Of a stretch of 35,160 nucleotides of DNA, positions 1 to 7,962 are shown piece after piece. The notes below the pieces were generated by a model, which did no database searches, had not been told where the DNA came from, and worked only from the letters and a program-made list of their open reading frames with translations. How positions within the stretch are numbered: the first letter of the stretch is position 1; each line of letters opens with the position of its first letter. This stretch comes from Clostridiales bacterium (GTDB taxonomy: Bacteria > Bacillota > Clostridia > Oscillospirales > CAG-272), in the NCBI GenBank assembly GCA_016281895.1, contig JAEEJM010000021.1, forward strand, positions 1 to 35,160. Reading direction: 5' to 3'. The position numbers were made by a program, and so were the translations under genes.

Positions 1-100
1 CCCAAGTAAAACAAGAGGTTTTCTCCTTTTTGATTCTTTCCAGTTTTGCAGATCATTCATTGCGTATCGTTTCATATTCATCACCGTCCTTTGCTACGAT

Positions 101-129
101 ATTATAGCCTTCACGGTGTGTATTGTCAA
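101..129 (-). promoter_or_regulatory. SigA-type promoter firing leftward out of the window
   Basis: Minus strand reads TTGACA (plus 124-129), a 17-nt spacer, then TATAAT (plus 101-106). Downstream on the minus strand there is an AAGGAG (plus 23-28) and a TTG (plus 12-14). This suggests a gene starting at the extreme left edge. Confidence 0.5.
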
Positions 130-132
130 GTA

Positions 133-193
133 AAATCACGTTATTTTTAAGAAAAGCGTGATTTCAATCACGGAATTCGTTATTTTTACGTGA
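133..193. promoter_or_regulatory. Operator-like pair of inverted repeats upstream of the leftward promoter
   Basis: AAATCACG (133-140) pairs with CGTGATTT (157-164). AATCACG (166-172) pairs with CGTGA (189-193). Both units contain TTATTTTTA in the spacer. Confidence 0.3.
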
Positions 194-366
194 GACGACC
201 TCCCCAAAAGTTACAAGCCGATAACTGTCTTTTATATATCTGATCTTTCCCGTTATTCTCTCCGGACATTCCCGGTTTTCGTGATATTGTGTTGCTGCCG
301 GCGGGAGACCGCGGCGGAATACATATAAGTGAGGGAAGGCTTATTCTCATAATCCGCCAACGCCCG

Positions 367-412
367 CATAGACCGTTCCGCCCGGGCGGACGCCCGGGCG
401 GAACGGTCTATG
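367..412 (-). terminator. Long perfect hairpin just downstream of the lipoprotein gene
   Basis: catagaccgttccgcccgggcg (367-388) is perfectly complementary to 391-412, giving a 22-bp stem. It starts 3 nt after the stop codon at 415-417. There is no clear U-tract. Confidence 0.55.
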
Positions 413-414
413 AA

Positions 415-1515
415 TCAATCGAGCACGTCCGGTTTCGGGTGCTGCCACTCGTCGCCGGGATATCTTTCTTTGTAATTGAATGATGCGACATCCTCTTTTT
501 GGGAAAGATCATACCTGCCGTTTTCGTCCGGAGCTCCGTAGACTTCTTTTAACAAATAAGCTCTCAAAAGGAACCCGCCGTACAAATTAAGCTTATACAT
601 GTCATAAAAGAGAAAAAAGCCGTAAGGGATCTCTTCTTGAATTTTATAATTCCGGTAGTACGTATGATAAACCATACAGTCATCGAACAGGAAGCGGAAT
701 TCAATTGGAGTTATCTCATCAAAGTCATCATATCTTATAATCTTTTTTTGGTATTCCCGCTGCTTCTCCGTGCGATCCCCCGTTAATCTCAGTTCCAGAG
801 TCACACAGTGATGAGAAGACTCATGCTTGTATTTGGCGGGGTCCGGGTTGTTAAGTCCTCGGTAGGATTGCGATAAAGAATCTCCAAAATATACCTTGAA
901 TTCTTCCAGCCTGATCACCGCCTCCGGATCTCCCGGAGCAACGGAGCCTTGGACGGCGTCTTTTTCCCCCTTATCATCTGCACCGGGGTATACAAAGATA
1001 ATTTCTTCAGTCAGACTCGTCCATCCTTCCGGAGCTGGAAGAAACAAAGAATCGTCAAGCTCGAGCTCCAGGTATCTGATCGTCAGGCGGTTGATGTCGT
1101 CATGGACCTGCATCATGTCCAGTCTGTTCATGTTGTAAAAGCGCCTGTTCAGGAATTCTTCGTTCGGACTGATTCCCAGCTCCCGGCTGACCTCACCGCG
1201 GTTCCTGTAGTCAGCCTCGACCCTGTCCTGAAGTTCCAGCAGATAGTCCGCGTCCCAGCTGTCTCTCTTCGCCTGAACGGGAGGCTCCGTCTGCTCGCCC
1301 GTGTCCGGTCCTCCCGTACCGGTGTCCTGTTCTCCCGTGACCTGGACAGTGCCGGTGTCAGCCGGATCGGAAGTCGCAGACGTTGTGCCTGTCCCGTTCG
1401 TGCCGCGGCCGTCAGCTGTGGTTTCGCCCGGAGCGGTACTGTTGCAACCCGAGAAGACGGAGAAGATCATTATCAAAACTAACGTCAGCGATATATAATA
1501 CTTAACTTTTTTCAT
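415..1515 (-). CDS. Lipoprotein of unknown function (366 aa)
   Basis: N-terminus MKKVKYYISLTLVLIMIFSVFSGC is a signal peptide plus lipobox. It is followed by a T/G/D/P-rich low-complexity linker and a Y/F/D-rich globular part with no motif I recognise. Confidence 0.7.
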   Translation of the reverse strand: MKKVKYYISLTLVLIMIFSVFSGCNSTAPGETTADGRGTNGTGTTSATSDPADTGTVQVTGEQDTGTGGPDTGEQTEPPVQAKRDSWDADYLLELQDRVEADYRNRGEVSRELGISPNEEFLNRRFYNMNRLDMMQVHDDINRLTIRYLELELDDSLFLPAPEGWTSLTEEIIFVYPGADDKGEKDAVQGSVAPGDPEAVIRLEEFKVYFGDSLSQSYRGLNNPDPAKYKHESSHHCVTLELRLTGDRTEKQREYQKKIIRYDDFDEITPIEFRFLFDDCMVYHTYYRNYKIQEEIPYGFFLFYDMYKLNLYGGFLLRAYLLKEVYGAPDENGRYDLSQKEDVASFNYKERYPGDEWQHPKPDVLD

Positions 1516-1585
1516 AATCAGCCGGACCTTTCACATATGAGTTCGATCGGTTGTTTCATAATCCTTTTTGTCGGCAGTGCTGTTT

Positions 1586-4051
1586 TTATGATATCTGGAC
1601 CGAGTATTGCCTGTAAAAATCGACTACAGTCTGATTGGGTGAATAGATCTTAAAATAGTACAGATTGTTTGCCGTGAACTGATAAGAAACACTTCCTGAT
1701 CCGTTGCTCACAGTGCATGTCGACACGACCGTATCCGACGAGTCTCTAATCTCGAGCACGAGCGGGAAGATCTTGGGCTGATTATTCGATGAATTCAATG
1801 TGTTAATGGTTATTGTTCTGTACCCTGTCGTTTTATAATTCAAAGAATAATAATCGATGTCCCCCTTGAAATCGATTTTGCCGGTAAAGGATGCCGCGCT
1901 CAAATGCTTTGAATTGTTCGTATTGCTTCCGGCTCCGTCCAGTGTGGAAAACGGATTCCCCGGAGTATCTCTTAAAAAGCTGTCTCCCGTGATATATGTA
2001 TCTAGAGCGGCAGGGATTCCCACATAATAAAACGAGTAGTCAAAACCGTCTTGCAGAGAATATGGGGGTTCAACGATATGGTCAAGAATAGTCTCATTAG
2101 TTAAAGTGATGCTAGGAGTGCAACTACAATTACATGTTGCAGCAGAAGCTCCGGGTTTGTGCGACCATGAATCATCCTCATTCTGTATGTAAAAATGAAA
2201 ACCAAATTTAGTCGCAATTAGAAGAATCAGCCTTCTGTCGGCGAATTCTGTCGCACTTGGAATTTGTGATGCGGTTGAATACTTGACCGCGCCGTAATAC
2301 TCGACTCCCAGTGTTTCGCAGTCCAGTTCAATAAACTCAAGCAACTGCGGAACTCGATAAGAATCGGAATCATGTTCATACAAAACTGAACTATAATAGT
2401 GCTCCAAGTTGTTGTTGTTCTGTAATTGCCCATTATAGTAGATAATGCTATATCCATCAGCTGGTTGAGGTATAATGCTTTTGTCCCAGATTTCCCCAGG
2501 AAGATGAAAATTTGGCTGCTCCAACTCACATTCTAGGAGGAAGTTAAGCCGCATAGCATATCCATAACAGTTACAACTGTATTGCAGGCTGGTCGTGTCG
2601 GAGTAGCATGCCAGATCATTGGTCGAGACCAGGTACCTGTTGTTGTATATGACTGTCAGACTAGGTTTGTATGATGCCCTGTTGTATGAGGCAAACGTCT
2701 TTCTGTAATATGTATTGCCCGTTTCAAATGAATCAGAAGCCTTAAAGACTAGACCCTTTGCGGCTTCCCCGGCGGACCCTGCCCAACTCCTTACAGTGTC
2801 GGTAATGTTAAAGCGATACCGGTGATTAGCTCCGCTTCCGGATTGATGCCCGTATCCGTAACTTACTTCTCGCTGGTCAAGCAGCTGCCCGACAAACGAT
2901 GAGCCGAGAGAACTCCAGGACGGATTCCCGGACTCCTGCCAAGAGTTTCCGGTATATCTGTGGCAGTAAACTGTAAGAGGCGTCTGATCGCAGATTACGT
3001 CCCTCAGTTCAACATATGCCAGAGCAATGCATTCCGGATCAAGATGGAGAGAGGTTACGGTTGAATCAAAAGTTGGAAACCTCATGAGGGTCCTGCATAT
3101 GCCGTAACTTGAATGAAGGCCGGCAAACAATGAGCCGGATGAGCCCGACGATGATGTGTTGCTGTATACCGTTACGTCTTCTATGGCTCCTGCATCGGAA
3201 GGATCATTGTACTGTATATTGATCGACGGGTCTATTACGACAGGGTATGACGTTGTTTCGGCAGTCAGATAATCCACAGGTACGGTTATAGTTACCGTAT
3301 ACTTCTGCTCAGGAATGATCTCCTCTACCGAAATCGAACCGACACGGCTTTCAGAGCCGTCAAGAGAATAAACCAGGATGTCATCAATGTTTCCGACGCA
3401 TTGACCCGACAAGGTCTCCAGCAGTACGTCTTCTTCCGCACATGTTATGACGAGACCGTTCGTAATGATTTCAAAGGAAAACGTGGAGATCCCGGTGTAC
3501 TCGCTTAATATGATATTTTCTTTTACCCCGGAATGCGAGATGCCGTATTCATATGATACTGAACCGTTCCCCGAGTAAACAACGCTTTTCAGATCCTCAG
3601 AAAGAACGCCCGCGATTTCACCGGGAACGTTGCCTGGAATAACGGAAACGGATGTGTCGTTGAATGAGATCGAATAGCCTTCATCAAGGAACGATCCGAA
3701 GCAGATATGCATTGGATGACTCGATTCTCTGAATCCTTCCTGCGTTTTTTCTATCCTCAGGGAGATATCTCTAATATTACCGTCAGAATCGAGATACTTC
3801 ACAGGATACCCGAACGATCTCAGAACAAATGATCCCGATACAGTCCTGAAGATCAATGAACTCATGTCAGGCTCAAGTCCGTACATGCGTTCGGTATATC
3901 CCGCGGATTCAAATTCCTCTTCGGAGATCACCTCGTTCAACCACTCGCGGTCATCTGGCTTTGACGATGCGAAACCTCCCATAGGCAGAAAAAGCGAAAG
4001 CAATAAGGAAACGTTTATCAGTATGGCCATAAACTTTTTTGCTGTTTTCAT
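1586..4051 (-). CDS. Secreted multidomain protein (821 aa) with a C-terminal PPC-type domain
   Basis: I chose the ATG at 4049-4051 (MKTAKKFMAILINVSLLLSLFLPMGGFASS, a signal peptide) because it follows AAAGGA. The ORF-track start at 4117 is a TTG. The C-terminus (GDIDYYSLNY...YYFKIYS) resembles a bacterial pre-peptidase C-terminal domain. A central SCNCYGYA ... FHFY..DDSWSHKPG stretch looks like a Cys/His hydrolase signature, tentatively. Confidence 0.75.
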   Translation of the reverse strand: MKTAKKFMAILINVSLLLSLFLPMGGFASSKPDDREWLNEVISEEEFESAGYTERMYGLEPDMSSLIFRTVSGSFVLRSFGYPVKYLDSDGNIRDISLRIEKTQEGFRESSHPMHICFGSFLDEGYSISFNDTSVSVIPGNVPGEIAGVLSEDLKSVVYSGNGSVSYEYGISHSGVKENIILSEYTGISTFSFEIITNGLVITCAEEDVLLETLSGQCVGNIDDILVYSLDGSESRVGSISVEEIIPEQKYTVTITVPVDYLTAETTSYPVVIDPSINIQYNDPSDAGAIEDVTVYSNTSSSGSSGSLFAGLHSSYGICRTLMRFPTFDSTVTSLHLDPECIALAYVELRDVICDQTPLTVYCHRYTGNSWQESGNPSWSSLGSSFVGQLLDQREVSYGYGHQSGSGANHRYRFNITDTVRSWAGSAGEAAKGLVFKASDSFETGNTYYRKTFASYNRASYKPSLTVIYNNRYLVSTNDLACYSDTTSLQYSCNCYGYAMRLNFLLECELEQPNFHLPGEIWDKSIIPQPADGYSIIYYNGQLQNNNNLEHYYSSVLYEHDSDSYRVPQLLEFIELDCETLGVEYYGAVKYSTASQIPSATEFADRRLILLIATKFGFHFYIQNEDDSWSHKPGASAATCNCSCTPSITLTNETILDHIVEPPYSLQDGFDYSFYYVGIPAALDTYITGDSFLRDTPGNPFSTLDGAGSNTNNSKHLSAASFTGKIDFKGDIDYYSLNYKTTGYRTITINTLNSSNNQPKIFPLVLEIRDSSDTVVSTCTVSNGSGSVSYQFTANNLYYFKIYSPNQTVVDFYRQYSVQIS

Positions 4052-4181
4052 TCTGACAAATCCTTTCTTTGTTTTTTTCGGCAGTATGCAGTCGGAGTCG
4101 GACTTCTGAACGAGCAATGGAAAAACGAATTGACTGCAGGATAGTCCGTTTAGATTATCCCGATGATCATCTCCGCCCTAT

Positions 4182-4211
4182 ATAATACAATTTTTCTAGC
4201 ACATTTGTCAA
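4182..4211 (-). promoter_or_regulatory. Candidate promoter for the 821-aa secreted protein gene
   Basis: Minus strand reads TTGACA (plus 4206-4211), an 18-nt spacer, then TATTAT (plus 4182-4187). Confidence 0.4.
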
Positions 4212-4268
4212 TAGGCCTGAAAAAACCGGAGAGGTCTGCATCTTCCCGCGGCGGCACCCGCCGATAAA

Positions 4269-4314
4269 GACGGTTCGCCCCCGGCGCCGTTAACGGCGCC
4301 GGGGGCGAACCGTC
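4269..4314 (-). terminator. Perfect 23-bp-arm palindrome downstream of the ABC operon
   Basis: gacggttcgcccccggcgccgtt (4269-4291) is perfectly complementary to aacggcgccgggggcgaaccgtc (4292-4314). It lies 27 nt past the ATPase stop codon and at the GC-content transition. Confidence 0.55.
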
Positions 4315-4340
4315 ATGCAGTCAGTTGCGGCCGATGCGGC

Positions 4341-5129
4341 CTACCTTTCGAGCATGATCCTGTCGACGGCCATCTCCCTGCCGGCGGCCTCGCGGAACCG
4401 CTCGGTCAGGTCAGCGACGGTGAGGGACGCGCGCTCGTCGCCGGCCGCGTCGTAGATGACGCGGCCGCGGTCCATCATTATTGTCCGGTTGCCCAGATCC
4501 AGCGCGTCGCGCATGTTGTGGGTGATCATGAGGCAGGTCAGGCTGTTCTCGGAGATCATCCGCCTCGTGATATCCAGCACCTTCTCGGCGGTGGCGGGGT
4601 CCAGGGCGGCCGTGTGCTCGTCGAGCAGAAGCAGCTTCGGCGGGTTGAACGTCGCCATCATAAGGGTGAGAGCCTGGCGCTGGCCGCCGGAGAGCGAGCC
4701 CACCGGGCTGCGCAAACGGTCCTCGAGCCCCATGCCGAGGCGCGAGAGCCGCTCGCGGAACAGCTCCCTGTCCTGTCTGCGGATGGCGGAGAACCAGCCT
4801 CCGAGGCCGGCCGCAAGGGCCATGTTCTCCTCGATGGTCATGCCGGGAGCGGTGCCCTTCATAGGATCCTGGAACAGGCGGCCGATCTGCCTCGCGCGGA
4901 CGTGCGGCGGGACGGCCGTTATATCGCTTCCGGCAAGCACTATCGTTCCGCTGTCGGGCTCGGCCGTGCCGCAGATGACATTGAGCAGGGTCGATTTGCC
5001 GGCGCCGTTGCTGCCTATGACGGTGACGAAATCGCCCGCCGGCAGATGGAGCGTCACCCTGTCAAGCGCCAGAGCGCAGTCGGGGGTGCCACGGTTGAAA
5101 GTCACGCTTACATCGTTGACGTACAGCAT
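4341..5129 (-). CDS. ABC transporter ATP-binding protein
   Basis: Walker A GSNGAGKST, signature LSGGQRQ and Walker B LLLLDEHTAALD are present. The start codon lies 1 nt after the permease stop. Confidence 0.93.
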   Translation of the reverse strand: MLYVNDVSVTFNRGTPDCALALDRVTLHLPAGDFVTVIGSNGAGKSTLLNVICGTAEPDSGTIVLAGSDITAVPPHVRARQIGRLFQDPMKGTAPGMTIEENMALAAGLGGWFSAIRRQDRELFRERLSRLGMGLEDRLRSPVGSLSGGQRQALTLMMATFNPPKLLLLDEHTAALDPATAEKVLDITRRMISENSLTCLMITHNMRDALDLGNRTIMMDRGRVIYDAAGDERASLTVADLTERFREAAGREMAVDRIMLER

Positions 5130-5130
5130 C

Positions 5131-6060
5131 TTAAGCCTGCCTTCCGGAGCGGCGCGAGAACCGCTTTCTTATAGAAGGATACACTGTCTTGAGGTAAGGC
5201 AGGAAGATGGCAAGCACGACTATGACCGAGGAGATCAGCTTCAGCATGAACGCGGGCATGTTGAAACGGAGGGCGACGGCGTAAACGATCCTGAATATGA
5301 CCGCGCCCAGCACGCAGCCGGCCGCCCTCCACGGGATGCGGCCGCGCGGTATGAAGACCCCGCCTATAAGCAGCGAGGCCAGGGCGATGGTCACCACGCC
5401 GGAGCCTATGTCCACGGTGACCGACCTGTTCATCTGCGAGAGCAGACAGCCGGAAAGGGCTGTGAACGAATTGGCGATACACAGCCCTATTATCGTTGTT
5501 GCCGAGGGGTCGATGGACGACGAGCGGACCATGTCGGGGTTGTTTCCCGTCGCCCGGACGGCCATGCCGAGGCGGGTGCGCAGGAACAGCGACATGAACA
5601 GCACCGTAAGGCAGGCCGCCGCGGTAAGCACCACGAGTTTGTACTGCCCTCCGAGGAAGCTGCCCTCCAGGAACGCCCGGCACCTGGTGAATACGGTCTC
5701 GCAGCGGTTGAGGTTGAGAAGCGACGCTCCCCCCATGACCGCCATGTTGACCGAATACAGACCGGTGTTCACTATAATGCCCGACAGCAGGCTGTCGACG
5801 CCCATCTTCGTCTGCAGCAGGGCCGTCACGAGGCCGGAGGCCATGCCGGCGCCCATGGCCGCCAGGACGGACAGCCACGGGTGGCCTGACAGGGCCACCA
5901 CGGCCCCGACGGCGGCACCGAGGGTGAAGCAGCCGTCGGTGGACAGGTCGCAGACGTTCAGCATCTTATAGCTCAGAAACAGCGCCAGAACGGTCACCGA
6001 AAGCGCAAGGCCGTTCTCGAGCGCGGTCTGAAGCAGGGTCAGAACGCTAGACAGATTCAT
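5131..6060 (-). CDS. ABC transporter permease
   Basis: 309-aa polytopic hydrophobic protein located between the binding-protein and ATPase genes. Confidence 0.85.
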   Translation of the reverse strand: MNLSSVLTLLQTALENGLALSVTVLALFLSYKMLNVCDLSTDGCFTLGAAVGAVVALSGHPWLSVLAAMGAGMASGLVTALLQTKMGVDSLLSGIIVNTGLYSVNMAVMGGASLLNLNRCETVFTRCRAFLEGSFLGGQYKLVVLTAAACLTVLFMSLFLRTRLGMAVRATGNNPDMVRSSSIDPSATTIIGLCIANSFTALSGCLLSQMNRSVTVDIGSGVVTIALASLLIGGVFIPRGRIPWRAAGCVLGAVIFRIVYAVALRFNMPAFMLKLISSVIVVLAIFLPYLKTVYPSIRKRFSRRSGRQA

Positions 6061-6077
6061 AATGACATTCCCTCCGG

Positions 6078-6110
6078 CCGGACCGCGGCGCCTGGGCCGC
6101 CGCGGTCCGG
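6078..6110 (-). promoter_or_regulatory. Intercistronic GC hairpin between the binding-protein and permease genes
   Basis: ccggaccgcggcg (6078-6090) pairs with cgccgcggtccgg (6098-6110), giving a 13-bp stem. This placement is typical of hairpins that stabilise the upstream binding-protein mRNA segment. Confidence 0.4.
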
Positions 6111-6129
6111 GATGCCGGTGATCCCGTGA

Positions 6130-7155
6130 TTATTTATTGAGGTCCTCGAAGCTGTCGGCGGTGGTTATCTTCTCGACCTTGGTGCAGTAAGGCGCGAAGA
6201 CCTTGCTGATCTCGTCGAAGCTGATGCCGAGCTTTGCGCAGACGTCGGTGTTGACGGTGGCCGTGCCGTTGTCGAAGGTCTTCACGGAGACGTTGCCCGG
6301 GTCCTTCTTGTTGATGAGGATGTCGGCGATCATGTCGGCGGTAGCGCGGCCGAGATTGGCGTAGTCGACGCCGTAGCCGAGAAACGCGCCGTTGAGGGCG
6401 AAGGAGTCGGCGCCGCAGTAGTGCGGGATCCTGGCGTCGGAGAAGATCTCATTGATGGCAAGCTCGGACTTCATTATGGTGTTGTCGGTCGGGGTGAACA
6501 CGGCCTCGACGCCCTCGGAGACGAGGGCCTGGGCGGCCAGGGTGACCTCCTCGACGGTGGTCCCGGTGCGCTCGACGACGGCGATGCTGCGGGCGGCCAG
6601 GAACTCCTTGGCGGCGGCTATCGGGGCGGTGGAGGCGTCCTGTCCGACGTCGTAGAGCAGGCCGACCTTCTTGATCTCGGGCTTTGCCGCGACGATGAGG
6701 TTCATGACGGCTCCGGTGTTGAGATAGTCGGAGGTGCCGGTGATGTTATGGCCGGGCTTCTCGAGCGAATCGACCAGCTTGGCGCCGAGGGGATCGGAGA
6801 CGGCGGCAAAGACCACGGGTATCTTGTTGTCTTCGGTGGCCGACTGCATCTGCATGGCGACCGGGGTGGCGACGCCCACCATGAGGTCGACGTTGTCGAC
6901 TATGAAGTTGGAGATGATCTGCGACAATACGGCCGCGTCGGCGTTGCAGTTCTGGAGGCTGACGGCGAAGGTCACGCCCTTTTCTTTGCCGATCTCTTCG
7001 AGGCGGTCCCGGATGTTGTCGACGATCTGGTTGAGCGAGGCGTCATCCACATAGTTGCAGATGCCGATCCTGTAGGTTCCCTTCTTTCCGGAGCAGCCGG
7101 CAAAGAGGCAGAGGAGCATGATCGCAGCGAGAGCCGCGCAAACGAGTTTTTTCAT
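6130..7155 (-). CDS. ABC substrate-binding lipoprotein (ABC_sub_bind / TrpX-like)
   Basis: I chose the start at 7153-7155 (MKKLVCAALAAIMLLCLFAGCSG, a lipobox) because it follows AAAGGA. It is the first gene after a Trp T-box leader. The family assignment is from memory of the binding-protein/permease/ATPase operons of this type. Confidence 0.8.
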   Translation of the reverse strand: MKKLVCAALAAIMLLCLFAGCSGKKGTYRIGICNYVDDASLNQIVDNIRDRLEEIGKEKGVTFAVSLQNCNADAAVLSQIISNFIVDNVDLMVGVATPVAMQMQSATEDNKIPVVFAAVSDPLGAKLVDSLEKPGHNITGTSDYLNTGAVMNLIVAAKPEIKKVGLLYDVGQDASTAPIAAAKEFLAARSIAVVERTGTTVEEVTLAAQALVSEGVEAVFTPTDNTIMKSELAINEIFSDARIPHYCGADSFALNGAFLGYGVDYANLGRATADMIADILINKKDPGNVSVKTFDNGTATVNTDVCAKLGISFDEISKVFAPYCTKVEKITTADSFEDLNK

Positions 7156-7252
7156 GGTGTGTATCCTTTCGTTTTTAAAGATTTTCAGAAACAAAGGTTT
7201 TCGGAAGCAAAGCTTTTCAGAAACAATAAGGCGTTAAAACCTTCTCAGAAAC

Positions 7253-7525
7253 AAAAAACCCGTCCCAACGAAACGCCGGGACAGGAAAGATCCTGCGGTG
7301 CCACCCTGCATGGTACTTGCGTACCCACTCACATACCCTGAGATATGTTTCTGTTGTTGTCGGAGTGCCGTCTCCGTCTCACATACTGGGCCGCAAAAGC
7401 GGCTGTTCAGCTTGCCCTCGGAAGTCCATTCGGAACCGGTCTTTCCTCCGCGATCTCACCGCCCGCGGCTCTCTGTACGAAAGGTTGCCGGACTTACTAC
7501 TCTTCCTCATCGGTTGTATTGATGC
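7253..7525 (-). promoter_or_regulatory. T-box riboswitch leader with probable tryptophan (UGG) specifier
   Basis: On the minus strand I see the stem I elements AGUAGUAA and AGAGAG...GGUGAGA. The specifier-loop context is CCGAA-UGG-A-CUUCC (UGG = plus 7426-7428). The T-box motif AGGGUGGCACCGCAG lies at plus 7293-7307. It is followed by the terminator GUCCC-loop-GGGAC plus UUUUUU (plus 7253-7285). Confidence 0.8.
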
Positions 7526-7529
7526 GCAT

Positions 7530-7558
7530 ATTCTATCACCGTCCGCGCGGCTTGTCAA
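7530..7558 (-). promoter_or_regulatory. Promoter of the T-box/ABC operon
   Basis: Minus strand reads TTGACA (7553-7558), a 17-nt spacer, then TAGAAT (7530-7535), with TGa immediately upstream as an extended -10. Confidence 0.7.
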
Positions 7559-7738
7559 GGGGTTTTTGAATATTTTTTCTTTTTTTCGGAAAAACGGCTG
7601 CCGCCGTCGACGCCGCGGCGCGCGTCTTCCCGCGGAGGAGCACGAACAATGACGAATCCGTTTTCTTCGAAAGCACCATCAACCCCGATCCTTCTTTCGG
7701 GAACCGCGCGGGAGCCCGGCCGCCCGACCGGGAAATAA

Positions 7739-7767
7739 TTGTAAACCGGTCCCGGGTGTGATATAAT
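7739..7767 (+). promoter_or_regulatory. Promoter of the 1486-aa protein gene
   Basis: TTGTAA (7739-7744), a 17-nt spacer, then TATAAT (7762-7767) preceded by TGa. This leaves a leader of about 195 nt. Confidence 0.6.
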
Positions 7768-7782
7768 AATAGGTAATGATTC

Positions 7783-7930
7783 AGTTCATATGATTTCTTC
7801 GCGGCTGCCGCGGTTTTTACGATCCGTCCGCTGTTACCCGAAGTTCATATGATCCGTTTGCCGTTTGCCGCGGCCAATGCGAGCCGCTTGCCGTTGCCGC
7901 GGTCCGCGCGATCCGCTCGCTAAAGCCGTT
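7783..7930 (+). repeat. Degenerate direct repeats and GC hairpins in the 5' leader
   Basis: AGTTCATATGAT occurs at 7783-7794 and 7842-7853. GATCCG(T/C) and (C/T)TGCCGCGG motifs recur every 25-35 nt. Confidence 0.5.
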
Positions 7931-7962
7931 TCTGCTTTACAATTTCCTTTCCGGAGGTCCTT

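Noticed and set aside
1-30. A CDS starting at a TTG (12-14, minus strand) and running off the left edge.
   Set aside because: Only four codons are visible. The promoter and RBS make it plausible, but there is too little sequence to annotate a coding feature.
289-483. A 64-aa plus-strand ORF spanning the 367-412 palindrome.
   Set aside because: It is translated through a perfect hairpin and overlaps the 3' end of the lipoprotein gene on the opposite strand. It has no RBS.
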